Assembly: GCA_028534125.1 (NCBI GenBank)
Contig: CM052824.1
Location: 59,768,001 to 59,832,000 of the forward strand
Reading direction: 5' to 3'
From: Lama glama
Taxonomy: Eukaryota
Length of the DNA: 64,000 nt
A model generated the notes under the pieces. That model was not told the DNA's origin. It ran no database searches and worked only from the letters and a program-made list of their open reading frames with translations. The position numbers and the translations under genes are program-made. This document shows, in pieces, positions 12,701 to 59,990 of this stretch (position 1 is the first letter of the stretch; each line of letters starts with the position of its first letter).

Positions 12701-13409
12701 ACCCCCAGAGCCCTCAGCCAAACCCCAGATGCCATCACTCCCTGCTCCCCGGGGCCTGGCCAGAGCCGCTCCGGGGCTGGGGTGGGGGCGGCACCAGCAC
12801 GCAGAGGGGCGAGTTTTCCTTCTGCCTGGCGAGGAGACCTTGGGAGAGATCCCGCGAGAGGCCTGTGAGGTTGAGACCCGTGGGCCAGTGCATCTCCCGT
12901 GGAAAGGCCTTGGGGGAGGTGTGGGCACTCAGAGTGGAGACGGGATTCAGTTCTGAACCCTGTGACTCAGAACTGCTGTCTGCGCTCGAGGTGACGGCCA
13001 CTGTCTCGGAGCCCCGTCTGTGCGGTAGGAGGCCTCAAGGACTTATGGGCACCATTTGGGCCTCAGCTGCAGCATGGGCACCTTGGAAGGCAGTGTGAGT
13101 GCTGGCTGGACCTGGGCACCTGGCCAGAGCTGGCTGCCACCTCCATGACCCCCGTGAGCAGGCTCAGCCTTTGGGTGAGGAAAGGGCACCAGGAGTGACC
13201 ATGACCGAGGGGGCCCAGCGGGCTGTGTGGGTGGCTGGAAGTGGCCTGGTGATGTGCCCGGTCATGGCTTTGCCCGTTTGTTTTGGCTGGCTGGGCGCCC
13301 GCTGTGGGCCAGGCCCAGGCGTACGGCTTTGGCCAAACTCCCCGCCTGGCATTCACTCCTCTCAGGCCTTCCCTGCCTCTGCCCCAAAAAGTCCTCCAAC
13401 AAGCCAGTC

Positions 13410-13580
13410 TCCCTCTCCCCTCTACCTGTCCGAAGTCCAGCCCAGGCCCACCTCCTCCAGGAAGCCTTCCCATCACACTGCCTTCACCATCTCTCCTCCA
13501 CTGAGTACAGCATGCGCCCTGGGGCTGTCTGTGTGCCCCTTCTGTGGTCACTGCAGTCCCTGCAGCTCAGATGTCCCCGC
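13410..13580 (+). mobile_element. L2 fragment
   Basis: cacctcctccaggaagccttccc hallmark. Confidence 0.55.
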
Positions 13581-15789
13581 TGAGAGCCAGGCCTCGGGGG
13601 CTGTGCCCCTGGTGGGGCTGTGTCAGCATTCCAGGGCTCAGGTGCTCCCAGGGCTGGACCCCGCCTCATCCTGACCTTCACATGGCCACAGGGGAGTGAG
13701 TCGAGGCAGCAGAGAGGGCCTTGTCACGTGCACACACACACGTGCACACGTGCACAGGAGGCCTCCAGCACAGCCTGGGTCTGGCCTGCAGTGGGCTCCT
13801 CCCCTGGGGTTGCCCAGGCCTTGGGTTCCCTGGCACAGTGCGGGGTCTGGATGCCCCCCAAGCTGTCTGATCTCTGGAGGAGAGCGTGTGTGACGGAGGC
13901 CATTCCATCTTGGGCTCCCCCGGGGGGCCGTGTGTGTCAGAGGAGGGGCTGGTCCGTTTCTGCCTGGCCCCCGCCCAGGGCAGCTGCAGTCAGGAACGGC
14001 TGTTGGGCTCTCGGAAACAACCGTGGTCTTAATTTCCCTTCCTTTGGCTTGGGTGAGGAGCCAGATGGGTAATGGGTTTACCATGAGGCAGAGGCCGGAT
14101 GGCTCCAGAGGCCAGGCCCAGCGCTCTGCTCCTGAAATGAACTGCGGCCCTGGGAGCGGGGGGAAGGGATGTTCCGGGGCAGTTGGTCTGCGTTGCGGCA
14201 GGGTGGGCCGCGTGTGACCTCAGGCTGAAAACGGACCTCCTGGCCTGGGCTCTGGACGTCCGGGCGGAAGCAGTCAGGCAGGCGTTTGTCCCCGGCGGGC
14301 CTGGGGGTGGTCGGGGGGGCTTTGGGGCCGAGCGGCCTTGAGTCCCTGAAGGCGGAATGAAGAGACGTCTGAGAGACCCCCTTCCAGCACCCTCCCGGCT
14401 CTCTCCCCGGCAGCCGGGGCCTGTCGGGGGCCGGTCCTGCTCACAGCGCCCCGTTGGCTCCCGTGCTGTGGTCCCGGCCTTCGGGGTCCTCCAGCCCGGC
14501 CTCTGCCCTCCCAGCCCCGACACCAGTCACCTGACAGCCTGACTGCAGTGGGAGATGCTGGTGGAGGGAGAGCCCGGGCCTGGAGCCCCCGGGCAGCCAC
14601 TCCAGGCTCGAGTGGCCTCGTTCTGGGTCTGCCCGCCCACCTGTGAGTGGGCGCGGCCTGGCCCCAACTCCGAGAGGTGCCCGGCACAGAGGGCACTGGG
14701 GGTGTGCAGGTGGTCAGTGACCGCTGCTCCCCCGGCGTCTGCTGTGTCCCTGGAACTTCACCCTTGAAACCTGGCAGCTTGGGGTCGTGGGGTGACCTCT
14801 GAGGGCTCCTCTGACTGTCAGTCCTCTCTCTCCTGCACTGTCAGCGCCTCCAGACGGTTTTAGTCCCTCCTGAGAAGTTGATACCCAGGGATGCCCCGTC
14901 CCCCAGGTAGACGGGGAGGGCCAGGGTCCCCTTCGGGCTGGACAGGGCGCCCAGTCTTGGTCTCCTCATGTCCCACTGAGGGGCCTTCTCTCCTCATTCC
15001 GTGACCCCGGGAACCCCTGTGAGGCAGCCCCTGACCCCTGCAGGCACCCCATGCTCCGGGCCCAGCCTAGCTTCCCCCCCAGCAGCTGCTCCTCGTCCAG
15101 AGCCTGAGACAGCCTGCACGGCGGGCATCGCCTCGCTCACAGCAGGCTGGCAGCAGGTCAGGTCTCCTAACCGCGAGGCAGGGCGTGCGGGCCCTCGAGA
15201 GGCTTCACGGACGAAGTGTCTGTGAGCACAAGGGATGGATACCACATGTGCTGGGAGGAGGCTCAGCCCTGCTCTGCTTCCTGCCAGCCCCAGGAACAGG
15301 GCAGTTCTGCTCCCTGAACCCCCAGTGTCCGGGGTCTGTGGTGGGGTGGGCCCAGCCCTGAGGGGTCCGTGGCCGTTGGGGGTCAGCGTTGGGCCCTCAC
15401 CCCAGCCTGGGTCCTGGCAGAAGAGCTTGGTGGCCGCCCAGCTTGGAGAGGAAAGCTGGAGCCGGCCTGGCGGGTGGAGGGGAGCGGCTCCTTCTGCTGA
15501 CACACAGACATTCCACGGGGCAGAGGCACCCAGCCCGAGTTTCCGCATCGAGAAAGCATTTCCCAAAGAGCTTCCAGACCACAGCCGCAGGCCTGGATCT
15601 GCTTGGTGGCACCGAGGAGGGCAGAGGGCTCTGTCTGAGCTGCTGGTGGCATTCCGAGCTTGGTGGCCGCTGACACTCATGCTGTGCCCAAGTCCCCACG
15701 CCCAGCCTGGTGGGGACGGAGGCCCAGAGCCATTGCCCCCGCCATGCCTCCAGTCCTTCAGGGAGGCGCTGCTCGAGCTCATCTATACC

Positions 15790-16150
15790 ACAGGTTGTCC
15801 TGGGCTCTGGGGACCTGATCATAACCCTCAGCTGGGTGGGGAGACATCACTGCATCCCAGAACCGTGTCCTGCCCAGAGTGGGCACACAGGTCACAGCTG
15901 CGGGAAAGGAGTGAGTGTGTGAGTGAGTGCTTAAATGTGGAGGAGGGACGGGCTGGCCGCAGGGGGATCACAGAGGCGGCAGAGACTGGCTCTGGGGTGA
16001 GCCAGCTGGGGAGGTTTTGCAGAGAAGGGGCCTCTGAGTTGGCACTCAATGGATGCATAGCGGCTCACTGTTCACCAGGCGGGAGGGAGGGAAGGTGGGC
16101 TTCTCGGCTGCTGCAGGAGCGGGGGCTCTGGGAGGGCAAGGCCACCCAGA
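15790..16150 (-). mobile_element. L2 fragment
   Basis: ggaggttttgcagagaaggggcctctgagttggcactcaatggatg...ggagggaagg resembles L2. Confidence 0.45.
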
Positions 16151-16959
16151 GAGGGACGGAAGAGCCAGGATCTGGGGCCAGTTCTAGGAACGCTCTGCCC
16201 AGGGTCCGGCATGGGTGCTGAGGGCCCTTTGGTGGCCCCGCCCGGAGGAGCCCAGGGCTAGGTTCCGGCTGACAGTCTGGGATCCCTGTGGCGAGGGGCA
16301 GCGGAAGACCCTGTGGTGGCCCCAGCTCAGGCACCCTTCCTCCTCCTCCTGGGCCTCTGCCCCCATCACTGAGAACCCACGGGTGCCCCCGAAGGGGAGC
16401 CAGCCGCCGGGCACCCGCTGAGGCCCCGGCTCCAGGAGCCTGGATGAGGGTGCCCGGTGAGGACAGGGCGTGGGTCCAAGCCAGACCCGCCCCCATCGGC
16501 AGCCCACCTCTGTCCCGCGTGACCTTGGGAGGTCATTTCTCCTCTGGAAAAGGACAGTAGAAAAGAGGGTGTCTGGGCCCCTGAGGCGGGCACCCAGCTG
16601 GTAGCAGAGTGAGGATTTAATTGCAAACCTGTCTGGGAGGGGTGGAGAGGACAGGTGGATGGGAAGTGCGGGGCGGGAGGGGAGGAAGGAGGCAGGAGGG
16701 GCTGTCCGTGTGTGGTGAAGGATGCTGGGGGTGGCGTGCGGGGCACGTCTGAGCCTCCAGGGCAGAAACGCCGCGGGTCCTTCGCCCAGACTTGCAGGCG
16801 CTCGGCACTCGGGAAGCCTTGTGCTTCAGGAGCTGCCCCTGGACACTCGACTGGCTTCGTTATTGGCCGATCTCCTCCTTCCTGGCCCCATTTTGCCTTC
16901 CAAAGTCACGTGTACCCCATAGCTGTGGGACCATGGGCCCCTGAGCTGGTTGAATCCAG

Positions 16960-17050
16960 ACCCCTACCTGCTGTACAGATGAAGAAACTGGGGCCCAGCG
17001 GGGTCGTGGGACTTGTCTGTGCCGTCCAGCTCTTCAGTGGGCTGGGACCC
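16960..17050 (-). mobile_element. MIR SINE fragment
   Basis: tacagatgaagaaactggggcccag. Confidence 0.65.
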
Positions 17051-17667
17051 ACGTCAGCTGCCCCCAGATTGTGCTGGGCTCACCCCAGATGCTGCCCCCT
17101 GCTGGGCGCTGGAGACATGGCCCGAAGCAACCCCAGTCCTGCCCCAGAGGCCGTGGGAGTGAATGAATGACCCCTGCTCAGTGAGTTGGGAGTCCTTTTT
17201 GATGTAAGGGTAGTGGCATCCCAGGGTGGGAAGAGAGGCCACAGGAGCGGTCCCCGGCCAGCTCGTGGGCACTGCGGTACTGGGGCGCTGGCTCCCGTGG
17301 AAGCGGGGCAGTCCTTGGGTCCCTCAACCCTTCCCAGGCTGGCCTGGATGGCCTCTGGGATGCTTTGGGACCACGGCTGCATCTACCACGGAGCAGGGAA
17401 ATGGGCGGTTCCCAGTACACCGGCCCTCCGACACTCTGCTCCTCGGCCCGGGGTGTCTGCCTGAGTGTAGGGCCTGGCAGGGGTCAGGCATACAGACCTG
17501 GACACTGACTCTCAGTGACTCCCAGTGAAGCGCTTTCCTCGACCTCTCAGTCCCCACTGTGCTGATCTGCGTGTGTCACGGACATGGGCACAGAGAGGTT
17601 CCGGGCTCCCTTGAGGCCACACAGCACTGCCCCATACTAGCAGAGCCAGGGCTGGGCTGGGGAAGAC

Positions 17668-17965
17668 CCGTGCTGTCCCACAGAAACAGAATGTGAGCCG
17701 CACACGAGAACCATACATGGAGTCTCACATTGTCTCGAAGTCGCACCAGAAAAGCAAAAGGAAATTGGGGTGATCCATTTCAGTGCTGGGTTTTACTGAA
17801 CGTGGTGTGCCCAGATGCAGTCATCCCAGCATGCGGTCCACAGGAGAGCCGTCAAGGGGGCAGTTCTCCTTTTCTCATTCGTACCAAGAAGACTGTACGA
17901 GCCCCCCCGCCCCCGGATTTAGGACAAGCCACACTTCAAGCGCTCAGTGGCCATGGGTTAGCCCA
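17668..17965. mobile_element. hAT-Charlie DNA transposon, MER33/MER3-like
   Basis: gtgctgtcccacagaaacagaatgtgagcc...ggacaagccacacttcaagcgctcagtggcca. Confidence 0.7.
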
Positions 17966-19765
17966 GGGCCAGACTCCCGGCACCTGCCTTTCCCTGCCGG
18001 GGACCTTGCCAAGGGGCTCTGGGGCTCTGCCCCCTTCCCTGTGACACAGGCCAGGCCGGGAGCCCTTTCCCAGGGCTGACGAGACTTGGAGGACAATGGG
18101 GGAGACGAGGCGGGGTGAGGCCCCCGCTTCCGCAGATGCTCCGGTCCTACAGGATGTCAGGGTGGAGGCTGCGTGAGCAGTGGGAGCGACACCTTGAGGG
18201 GCCGCCTCAGCGAGGGGCACCGACAGAGGAAGCCCAGGCTCTGCTGTCCGTTGGGGAGGGTGATCTTGAGTCACAATTTCCCTCAGGTGTCCCTTTGCAC
18301 TTTCCTGAGTGACAGCTTATCTCCACCTGCCCTTGCCCCCTGCAGCCTGGCTGGTGGCTGCCCGGGAGGGGACCCGCAGGCTTCTGTTAGCAGTGAGCTA
18401 TTGGCAAATGAGATGCGCGTTGGGGTGATAAACAGTGCTGACCCATGTGGAGGTCACCCTTCCAACAGCCCAGCAGTGCGTCTATCTGGGAGATTAAGGG
18501 AGGCTCCCCTGGAGTCCGAGGGCTGCTGTGACGCCCAGAGGAAGGACAGGAGAGAGGCTCCCCCTGGAGACCTGGGCAGAGAGGCGGGCTGGCCTGTTTC
18601 TGCACTGCCAGGTGCCTGGCAGGTGGGGGCCAATGGGGTGAGCTGGTGTGTGGACTGCAGACAGCACTGAGCAAGGTGAGACTGTATCTCTCCCACGAGC
18701 TTGAGGTCGCCTCCTGGAACCCTGCCTACGGGTGGGCTGGGCAGAGTGACAGCCCGCAGAGCCTTTGCCCCAGCAGTTTCCGGGGAGGTGGAGGGCAGGG
18801 CCAGGTTAGATGGGGTGCCATGGGTAAGACATCTGGGGGTCAGCTGCATGCGATGAGAGCTGGGGCCAAGTTCTCGCCAGGTCTGAACGCACAGGTCCCC
18901 TTGGAGGCACAGCCACTGTGGCCTCACCACCCCTGGGGAGGCTGCTTCAGACACATCTGGAACCTCAGGCTGTGCCCATGACAAACACGGGGTCTGCGGT
19001 CGGATGTTTGTCCCGAGGCAGCCTGACACCTGGGGCTAGCTGTCCCTGCTAGCTGTGGGTCCCTCCTATCTGCTGTTGGGGTGCAGTGGTCCCCTCTCCC
19101 AGGCTCCCTCTGGGTACCAGCCCTGGTCCGCTGGAGGGCATGCTAGTGCTGGGACCAGGACACTGGGCTTGGAGGCTGATGTCATCACCCCCAGGAATTC
19201 CACTATAATGGTGATGTGGCCTCAAAGTCCGCCCCCACCTTCCCTACTCTTCCCAAACCTGGCAGAGCTCCACCCCATTGCGCTGCCTCTGCAGAGCCCC
19301 GGGGCCTTGCCAGGGTGGCCTCCTTCCCTACTGTGGGTTCTCTAACTTGTTGGCGCAGGGGCACGTCTGTGCGAGTGCCTGTGCGGCTGTGTATGTGCCT
19401 GCGCCCGTCTGTGCAGGGTTCTGTGGGTCTTGCGTGCGTGCTGCACACGTGGGTCTGCTGGTGCAGGGGTCTGCGTGTTTGCGCGGGGGCGCCTGTGTTG
19501 GTCGATGGGCCGGGGTGTGTGTCCGGGGGCGTGAGCGCGCGCGCAGGAATGCGCGGGGCGGGCGGGCGGCGCGCAGGGGGACCCGCGGCCCGTGGGGCGG
19601 GGCGGGGCGGGGCGGGGGCGGCCCCTCGGGCGGCGGCGGGGATTTGGCCTTTACCTGCGGGGGGCGGAGGGAAAGCCGAGAACAGAAAGGCGAGGGGCGG
19701 GGCGCGCCGGCCCGCAGCGGCTCCAGCGGCTCCGAGCGGAGCGAGCGGAGCGGAGCCGACGGGCC

Positions 19766-54152
<34,387 letters not shown>

Positions 54153-56884
54153 CTCAGAGGCAGCCCCCGCTGAGGCTCGCCTCCCAGGAGCCGCAGAGGG
54201 GGCCCCGGGGCTTAGGTGGCGCCTGCCGAGGGGTGCGGTGGGCCAGGACTGTGGCCCCGACCTGTCTCTGAAGCCTGTGGACAGGCGTGCCGCCTCGGGC
54301 TCCTCAAGGGTGGTCTTGCCACGAGGAGGCAGGCCCCACCTCGCTGGGATCTGCCCGCCCAGGGCGCGGACCGCGGGGCTGAGGAAGCCCCGCCCCTCCC
54401 GCCGCCCGGGGCAGGGCCAAGGGCAGGTGTTCGGGCAGGTGCGGGCATGAGGCCCCTGCCCCCCCAGCAGGTTCTTCGGGTGCTAGGCCCCGGGGCAGCT
54501 ACCGCCCAGCCCGCTCACCAGGAAGCACAGCCGGGCCGTGTTCGTGTGACTTATGGGCAGCCCGACCGCAGGGCTGCCCGTCTCCTGCCCCAGGATGCCC
54601 TGACTCGGGGCAGCGGGCTTCGGTACCATGTGAAACCAGTAGGTTAAGAAAGGAGCAGCTGCTTCCCCAAGGCTGTGCGTCTGCTGCTTTGTGCGGGCTC
54701 TGCGTGGGGGCCTCCCTGGCACGCCGGCACGAGGCGCTGGGACAGGAGCCTCTGCCGACCGCTTGCCCTGCCCCTCCCTGGGGACCGCGGTGCCGCACAA
54801 ACGAAGTTGGGGTTTATCCTGGTTCCAGTGCTCTAGAGGGGCGTGGCGCCCCGAGACCCAGGAGTGCTGGCTCCCAGGGCCTGCGTGTGGGAAGCACGGC
54901 CCCAAGGGCAGGGGTGCTGCTGGGGGCAGCCTGGAGACCCCCAGCCCCCACTCCTGCCCTGTCTTCAGGGCAGAGCTGAGGAGAGGGTTGGACGCCGATT
55001 GTCTCACCGGCCATTTAGGGTCCGGGCTGTAGCCCCCCTCCCCTCCTCTCCAACAGTGCCCAGGCAGCTTAAATCCCCCAGGGGCAAAGGACCTCGTGGG
55101 GCAAAACAGGGCGCATTCAAGTAGGCCCCGCCCCCTGACGCAGACAACTCGTGAACACCCGGTAGCAGAGGGCGTCGAATCGCTGGGCCACCATGTGAAG
55201 ACTTTGAAGTATGTAGCTGTGATCAGTGTCCTGGAAGGAGGAAGGGATGCGGGTGGTAACCTGGTGCAGGAAGAGGCGGTTCAAGAGGGACCATCGTGAG
55301 GAATGAGGATGGAGGGCGTGGGAGCTGGAGTTGGCGGAGGCGGCAGGAATCCGGCCGAATAAGGGGTTTCCCAGCTCAGGACACTCCCGGGAGGCGGCAG
55401 GGAGGCTGAGAGAGAGGAAACACGAAGGGAAGGGGCAGTAGGAATGGACGAGGCAAGTGTGACACCCATGTGTCTGAAGTCCCAGAAAAAGAAGGTGAAA
55501 ACCATTGACGTGAAGCAATGAGTTCTCAGGTCCAAAGTTGGAGGATCTCAGATCGAAAAGCACTCCAAGTGCAAAGAAAATTAAGCAAAATTTAAAAAGC
55601 CACAGCCAGAAGAATTTAAAGAATATCAGTGCCAAAGAGGAGTTTTAAAATAACTAGAGAGAGAGAGAGCAGGAATCAGCACGACGTCAGGGTCTGCAAC
55701 AGGAGCACTGAGAGCGGCCGGACGGCGACGCTCTGTTTGCCAGGTGTTGAGGAAACAGTGTGGAAACTTGAATTTCATGACCTTGAATTGTGTGTCCCGC
55801 TAAACTGTCACTGGGAAGCGAAGTCGGCGTCCTTCTCAGCTGTCCGAGGCCCCAGGCGGCCCCAGACGAGAACCAGGCTTGAAAACACGCTCAGAGGAAG
55901 TTTCCCGGCAAGAAGAGAAAGCATGAGATGGTCCCTGTGTTTCCCACACGGCCTCGGAATGAAGAGAATCAAAATAGCCACGCTCACCAACAGCAGGAGC
56001 GGCCGGCAGGCCTGCCCGCCCCGCAGCTGAGCCTGGTGCAGACAGAGGGCGATAAGATGGCGTGACCTCCGCAGAAGCACCGGTAGGATGTCTGACTTTT
56101 AAACGGAGGAAATTTCATCTCTCCGACGTTCAGCAGGGAAGGAGGAGAAACAAAGCAGAATAAGAAAGTAGATTGAAGCCTAACGTAAGCAGTTACAGGG
56201 GCTCAAGAGCCAGATGGCCACGCATCACACGTTCTTCAACAGCACTTTGTGTCTGAAAGACGTCCCCAGAGGGACAGGAACGCAAGCGTGCACGGTGAGC
56301 GGGAAGACAGCTGGGCTGTGAGTCCTGCTGTTTCAGGGTGGAAAGCGTCACACGTGGTTGTCTACAAGCGACACCCGACGCCCGCAGCAGTAACGGCCGA
56401 GAGACTCAGAGCAGCGGTGCGGGCGGCGCGGGGAGTAACTGCCCTGGCGGGTTCAGCGTGCCCTCCACAAAACCAGCACAAAATGCAGACACGCGCGATG
56501 GTGACGTTGTCGTGCCCCTGACGCGTGCGCTCTCCGTGTCTGCACGCCTGTAGTCACATGTTTATACTCACATATGTACGCATCTTACCTTCACGCTTAT
56601 GAACTTTACACTCAACAAGTGGGAAACAGTGGAACGTTTAGCCAAGAGTCTTTCCTTGAAGAGTCCAGAAGAGGAAAACGCTAGCAAGACTGATGATTTT
56701 TTTTGAATGTGAAGCAAGAAAAAAAACTACGGAAGACAAGAGGGTGAACCACAGACAGAGAACAAGGCAGGAAAGAGAATGCTCCAAATCACGATGAGCC
56801 AGTTACTTTGAAAACGTAGAAAAACGAGTAAGTTTTGGGAAAATATGAAGTGCCAGGATGAGTGTAAGTAGAAATACGGACTTG

Positions 56885-56890
56885 AATAAA
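56885..56890 (+). terminator. Candidate MEGF6 polyadenylation signal AATAAA
   Basis: First canonical hexamer I found after the MEGF6 stop; lies inside an L1 ORF2 remnant. Confidence 0.4.
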
Positions 56891-57151
56891 CCAGTAACTG
56901 ACGTGAGCGCAGTAGTAGTCACAGCTCTGCTCCTGCCCCGCGGTCGCCTCCCGCGTCGCCAGCCCCGTGACGCCTGGGACAGATGTTGGCAGAGGTGGTT
57001 GCGTGTGACATCCAGGACCCCGGGAACCTGACTGATAGAGTTGCTCCAGAAACATTAATAGAGGACACACGACGACCTTTTCACGAGGCCAGTGCCACCT
57101 GGGCTCTGCCACCTGGGGGGTGGCGATGGGAGAAAAGGTTACAGACTCCCC

Positions 57152-57178
57152 GTGTGTGTGTGTGTGTGAGTGTGTGTG
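57152..57178. repeat. (GT)n microsatellite
   Basis: gtgtgtgtgtgtgtgtgagtgtgtgtg. Confidence 0.9.
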
Positions 57179-59927
57179 ACAGCCCTGAGGGGAGTACGAG
57201 CTACTCACGTAGAAATATTTTAAAATAACATCGACTGGATCCAGCGGGGCTTGGGCTTGACTGAAATGTAACAGTTTAACATCAGAAAATGTGTTCCTGC
57301 GTTTGGGTGAGACGAGAAATCTCGATTGTCTTGATAAAAGAACACAGAACGTTCGCTCGAGCTCAGCCTCTCTCCCAAGTAAGAGTTCTTGGCCAGCAGG
57401 GAACCGAAAGGCGCTTTCTCGGCTGTGGTTATGTGCCAAGAACCCCCGCGGGCTGAGCGGGGACGGCAGTGGGTTCTGTCTCGGTCCAGCCGAGCCGCCC
57501 AGGCCACCACCTGGGCTCCGGCCTCCCCCACGTTACTGGCCTCCACGGCCCTGAGGTGACAGCCTGTGTTTCTGGCTGTCTTTCCACACGACAGCACAGA
57601 GTCTGGGCGGCGGGACCACCCGGACCGGACCTGCGTGGGGCCGAGTAACCACAGTGCCAGGGAGGAGCAAATTCCCCTAAAGATGGAGAATCTGTTCTCG
57701 ACAGTCAGCTCACTCCTCCCGGCCCCAGCAGAGCTCAGAGGAGCCCAGGGCACACTGTCAGGTGAGGTGGAGCAGGAGGTGTGCGGACCCGCGGGGAAGG
57801 GGCCACCTGGCCCGGTTTCGGGGGCGGGACTGTTGCTACCGGAAAGCTCAGAGGATCAGAGACAGGCTGGCATGACTACCAGAATTTGGCAAAGTGGGCC
57901 ATAAAATCACACAAATGACATGAAACGTGTAAACCTGTGACAGTCATAGTTCCTCAGTGCCGCCGAGGGGCAAGCAGAAAACAATACAAAATAAGGCCCC
58001 GGTCCACATGGCGGCAAACCCACAAACACCAGATTCATCTGGTGAAGTCCTCAGGGTCTCAGAGGATTGTGGGGGCCAGAGACTGGGGATGCCGTCCCAG
58101 CCAGCCTCAGGTCAGCTTGGTGCTGGCGACGGGGTAGGCGGGTGGCCACTGGGGTGCGATGTGGGGTGTCCAGCACGGACCAGGGTCCGACCTCAGGAGT
58201 GCTGGCGAGTCGGAGTCGGGAGGTGAGCGAGTCGGGGAACCCCAGGGGCCTGCGGGTGTGGGTGCAGAAGCCAGGATCTGCAGGTCTACACACTGGCACA
58301 GAGCTTTACCCCCCGGGGTCCGAGGGCTCTCAGTGAGGCGTCAGGGTTGGGGGAAACCTGGGCACAGCTGGGTCCCACCGTGGGCGGCCGGGTCTTTGGA
58401 TGTGTTAAAGGCCGAGGGCTGGGCCGCAGTGTCCCCGCTGGCCATCGGGGGGCGGTAGACGGCAGCAAGCCAGATGTGCAGAGAGAGGGCCTAAAACCTG
58501 TGCAGCATGCAGTGAGGTCACAGGAACACACCCTTTGTGTAAATTGTGTTCCCATCCCATAGAAGGGATACTGATTTACAAGGACACGTGGCGCCCTAGG
58601 GGTGGCCTCCAGGCCCCGGGGTGATGGACTTTCCTCAGCCCCTGATGCTCCCCACCCCGCCCCCAACAGAGGGATAACTGGGCCGTCCAGCTGTGTGACC
58701 ACTCTCCCTGGCCTCTGTGTGCCTGGGACCCACACACCCCAGGGAGCGGGAGGGGTGCCCACTGCCCCTCGGGGCTGGACACTGAGGTGCCCAGGGCGGC
58801 TCTGGGGAAGGGGCACCACTGCAGGCCCCGGCACCAGCCCCCACTCCCCACTGCCCTGCAGTCGCATCCACCGTGGTGCCCCGAGGCGAGGGGCTCCTGT
58901 GGGACGGCTGGGACACCGCAGTGTCTGTTCCTGCCAGACCCCATCCTGGGCACTGTCTGGGGTTGGCTGGGAAGCCTCAGTGGCCCCCCACAAGCCCACT
59001 GACCCCAGCAGTGGGCAGAGCGTCTTTGGGCCTCAGCCTCCCCACTTTGTAGCAGGAAGGGCGGTGCAGTTGGCTGGGAAGAGGGGCCGGGCTAGATAGG
59101 CCCTGCCGCCGGTGCTGCCCCCTCCCCAGCAGAGCCGGTGAGCAGGTGTGGCTGGGCCTGTGCAGGACCCCTGTTATCTAGAGGGGTGAGTGTCACCTGG
59201 CTCCAACCCTGAGGTTGTCTGTGACCCTAAGAGGACGGGCTCAGCAAGAAGCAGGTCTGAGCACCCTGGCTGGGGCGGGGGGGGGGGGCCAGCTAGCCTT
59301 GCCATGCTTGAGGGGGTCATGATGCCTGTGCCCACAGGGCTGGAGCCCAGGCACTGGTGCTGGGGAAAGCCTGGCCTCTTCTCACCACCCCCACCCACCG
59401 GTCTTGGTCCCTCCAGGCCTCGCTGCAGGGCCCTGCACTTCCTGATTCTGCTGGAAGGGTTCTTGTCCAGAGCTGGCCTGGCTTGATCCTTCTCAGGCGC
59501 ACCTAGCCACCTCAACAGCCTGTGCCCAGTGGCAGCCCCTCCCCAGGGTCCTGGGACGTCCTTTCCCAAGGCTAAGTGCTCTTACTCCCGGCTTCCTGGG
59601 CAGCATCCACTCTGCAGAAGGAAACCGTGCTGAGGCCGCTGGCCCCGGGTCACTAAAGCCAGGACGTAGCCCCAGGGCTTTTCCAAACCCACTTGGCTCC
59701 ACTAACTGGAAATGTAGCTGGCAGAGGATGGGTGGTGGGCTGGCCTGCCTCCCCAGGGGTCGGGTCAGCAGTGAGAGGGAGCAGGCAGGCTGCAGAGTAG
59801 CTGGCTTACACAGATGTGCCCACTGCTCCTGCTGGGCACGTGCCTGCCCACACGCACACGCACACGCCTCGCCTCGCCCGGCACCAGCTTGCCCCCGTGG
59901 CCGCTCCAGGAGAAAGGCAGGGAGTCA

Positions 59928-59990
59928 GCTCACAGGTGGGCAAACGGAGGCCCCAGATGCTCACCTGCCCAGGAGCAGGGCCTGGTCTCC
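59928..59990 (-). mobile_element. MIR SINE fragment
   Basis: cacaggtgggcaaacggaggccccaga...cacctgcccagg. Confidence 0.45.

Larger units (their letters stand above)
55450..58030 (+). mobile_element. Ancient L1 (L1M) remnant: ORF1 C-terminal part and ORF2 fragments
   Basis: Broken frames resemble L1 motifs: 'CPAKLS' (ORF1 YPAKLS, ~55790), 'YFENV..KYEVP..LNKPVT' (ORF2 FENL..KYKLP..LNRPIT, ~56800-56900), 'FHEASAT' (FYEASIT, ~57080), 'EFGKVG.KI' (EFSKVAGYKI, ~57880); A-rich; ends approximate. Confidence 0.75.

Noticed and set aside
15235-16221. 328-aa ATG-initiated ORF
   Set aside because: No recognisable domain; overlaps a probable L2 fragment
1-19450. MIR551A and the upstream MEGF6 exons (EMI domain), expected in or around this intron
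   Set aside because: I could not find the miR-551a mature sequence (gcgacccactcttggtttcca) or EMI-coding exons; they probably lie upstream of the window
55117-55635. 172-aa minus-strand ORF with a hydrophobic Phe/Leu-rich N-terminus
   Set aside because: It is the antisense reading of the A-rich L1 ORF1 remnant
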